From positions 3,782,001-3,846,000 of the forward strand of contig NC_090404.1 in the NCBI RefSeq assembly GCF_036365525.1: a DNA stretch of 64,000 nucleotides, given 5' to 3'. The first letter of the stretch is position 1, and each line of letters starts with the position of its first letter. The translations under genes were made by a program, and so were the position numbers. The stretch comes from Heterodontus francisci (taxonomy: Eukaryota). The notes under the pieces are model-generated. The model made no database searches. It was given only the letters and a program-made list of their open reading frames with translations, and had not been told where the DNA came from. Below are positions 61,682 through 64,000 of this stretch, in pieces.

Positions 61682-64000
61682 TAGCACGTGGCTAGAGAAC
61701 TGGTGCAGGAGGGAGGGATTCAGATATGTAGATCATTGGGATACCTTCTGGGGAAGGTGGGACCTGTACACGAAGGACGGGTTGCATCTGAACTGGAGGG
61801 GCACCAATATCCTGGGCGGGAGGTTTGCTAGAGCTCTTCGGGAGGGTTTAAACTAGCTTGGCAGGGGGATGGGAACCGGAGTTCCGGATCAGTGGATGGG
61901 GTAGCTGTTGAACAGGCAGATACCGAGTGCAGAGAGTCTGTGAGGAAGATTAGACAGTTGACAGGGCAAAGTTGCAGCCAGTATGATGGGCTGAAGTGTC
62001 TCTATTTTAACGCAAGAAGTGTCAGGAATAAGGGTGATGAACTTAGGGCATGGATCAGTACTTGGAGCTACGATGTTGTGGCCATTACGGAGACGTGGAT
62101 ATCACAGGGGCAGGAATGGATGTTGGATGTTCCGGGGTTTAGATGTTTCAAAAGGAATAAGGAGGGAGGTAAAAGAGGTGGGGGAGTGGCATTGCTAATC
62201 AGGGATAGTATCACAGCTGCAGAAAGGGAGGTCGTCGAGGAAGGTTTGTCTACTGAGTCATTATGGGTGGAAGTCAGAAACAGGACAGGAGCAGTCACTT
62301 TGTTGGGAGTTTTCTATAGACCCCCCAATAGCAACAGAGACATGGAGGAACAGATTGGGAGGCAGATTTTGGAAAGGTGCAGAAGTAACAGGGTTGTTGT
62401 CATGGGTGACTTCAACATCCCTAATATTGACTGGAACCTCCTTAGTGCAAATAGTTTGGATGGAGCAGTTTTTGTCAGGTGTGTCCAGGAAGGTTTCCTG
62501 ATTCAATATGTAGATAGGCCAACTAGAGGGGAGACTATGTTGCACTTGGTGCTTGGCAACGAACCAGGCCAGGTGACAGATCTCTCGGTGGGAGAGCACT
62601 TCGGTGATAATGTTCACAACTCCTTGACCTTTACTATAGTCATGGAGAGGGACAGGAACAGACGGGATGGGAAAATATTTAATTGGGAGAGGGGGAATTA
62701 CAATGCTATTAGGCAGGAACTGGGGAGCATAAATTGGGAACAGATGTTCTCAGGGAAATGCACGACAGAAATGTGGAGGTTGTTTAGGGAGCACTTGCTG
62801 CGACTGCTGGATAGGTTTGTCCCGATGTGGCAAGGAAGGGATGGTAGGGTGAAGGAACCTTGGATGACGAGATGTGGAACAGCTAGTCAAGAGGAAGAAG
62901 GAAGCTTACTTAAGGTTGAGGAAGCAAGGATCAGACAGGGCTCTAGAGGGTTACAAGGTAGCCAGGAAGGAACTGAAGAATGGACTTAGGAGAGCTAGAA
63001 AGGGACATGAAAAAGTCTTGGCGGGTAGGATTAAGGAAAATCCCAAGGCGTTCTACACTTATGTGAGGAACAAGAGGATGGCCAGAGTGAGGGTAGAGCC
63101 GATCAGGGATAGTGGAGGGAACTTGTGCCTGGAGTCGGAGGAGGTAGGGGAGGTCCTAAATGAATACTTTGCTTCAGTATTCACTAGTGAGAGGGACCTG
63201 GTCGTTTGTGAGGACAGCGTGGAACAGGCTGATATGTTCGAATAGGTTGAGGTTAAGACGGAGGATGTGCTGGAAATTTTGAATGATATGAGGACAGATA
63301 AGTCCCCGGGGCCAGACGGGATATACCCAAGGATATTACGGGAAGCGAGGGAAGAGATTGCTGCGCCTTTGGCGATGATCTTTGCGTCTTCACTGTCCAC
63401 TGGAGTAGTACTGGATGATTGGAGGATGGCAAATGTTGTTCCCTTGTTCAAGAAAGGGAATAGGGATAACCCTGGGAATTATAGACCAGTCAGTCTTACG
63501 TCGGTAGTTGGCAAATTATTGGAGAGGATTCTGAGAGACAGGATTTATGATTATTTGGAAAAGCATGGTTTGATTAGAGACAGTCAGCATGGCTTGGCAA
63601 GGGGCAGGTCTCACAAGCCTTATTGAATTCTTTGAAGATGTGACAAAACACATTGATGAAGGAAGAGCAGTGGATGTGGTGTATATGGATTTTAGCAAGG
63701 CGTTTGATAATGTTCCCCATGGTAGGCTCATTCAGAAAGTAAGGAGGCATGGGATTCAGGGAAAGTTGGCTGTCTGGATACAAAATTGGTTGGCCCATAG
63801 AAGTCAGAGGGTGGTAGTAGATGGAAAGTATTCAGCATGGAGCTCGGTGACCAGTGGTGTTCCACAATGATCTGTTCTGGGACCTCTGCTCTTTGTGATT
63901 TTTATAAATGACTTGGATGAGGAAGTGGAAGGTTGGGTTAGCAAGTTTGCCGATGACACGAAGGTTGCTGGAGTTGTGGATAGTGTGGAAGGCTGTTGTA
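61682..64000 (+). mobile_element. CR1 LINE: ORF1 C-terminus (SGNH esterase-like), APE endonuclease and start of RT; runs off the window
   Basis: DLYTKDGLHLN..G; YFNARS, AITETW, YRPP, GDFN (endonuclease); NYRPVSLTS, YMDFSKAFD, FADDTK; several frameshifts and stops. Confidence 0.96.

Noticed and set aside
61590-63870. Host esterase, nuclease or polymerase genes
   Set aside because: These are CR1 ORF1/ORF2 domains in standard order, with frameshifts.

Overview
Repeat-rich vertebrate genomic DNA, almost certainly from a shark or other elasmobranch (HE1-type V-SINEs, DeuSINEs, abundant CR1 LINEs). It is not prokaryotic, so most entries in the ORF track are artefacts of repeats. The left half (about 3.5-27 kb) is a C2H2 zinc-finger gene cluster with one intact 8-finger ORF, two pseudogenes and fragments, built from inverted or duplicated modules, plus a 39-bp VNTR between two promoter-like islands. 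The right half (about 49.5-58.4 kb) holds five T-cell-receptor alpha/delta-type V segments in both orientations, four with recognisable recombination signals (RSS; three with 23-bp spacers). One V (50655-51120, minus) is fully intact and four are defective. I found no D, J or C segment. A ZNF-flank plus solo-LTR module recurs on both sides of the V cluster. Other signals are minimal hammerhead-ribozyme motifs in Penelope-like short repeats, a decayed env-like fusion-protein relic, a candidate leader exon behind an ETS/IRF/RUNX-rich promoter, very young Tx1-like LINE copies with target-site duplications (TSDs), and a 150-bp-arm inverted duplication. Family names come from my own motif recognition; no database search was run.
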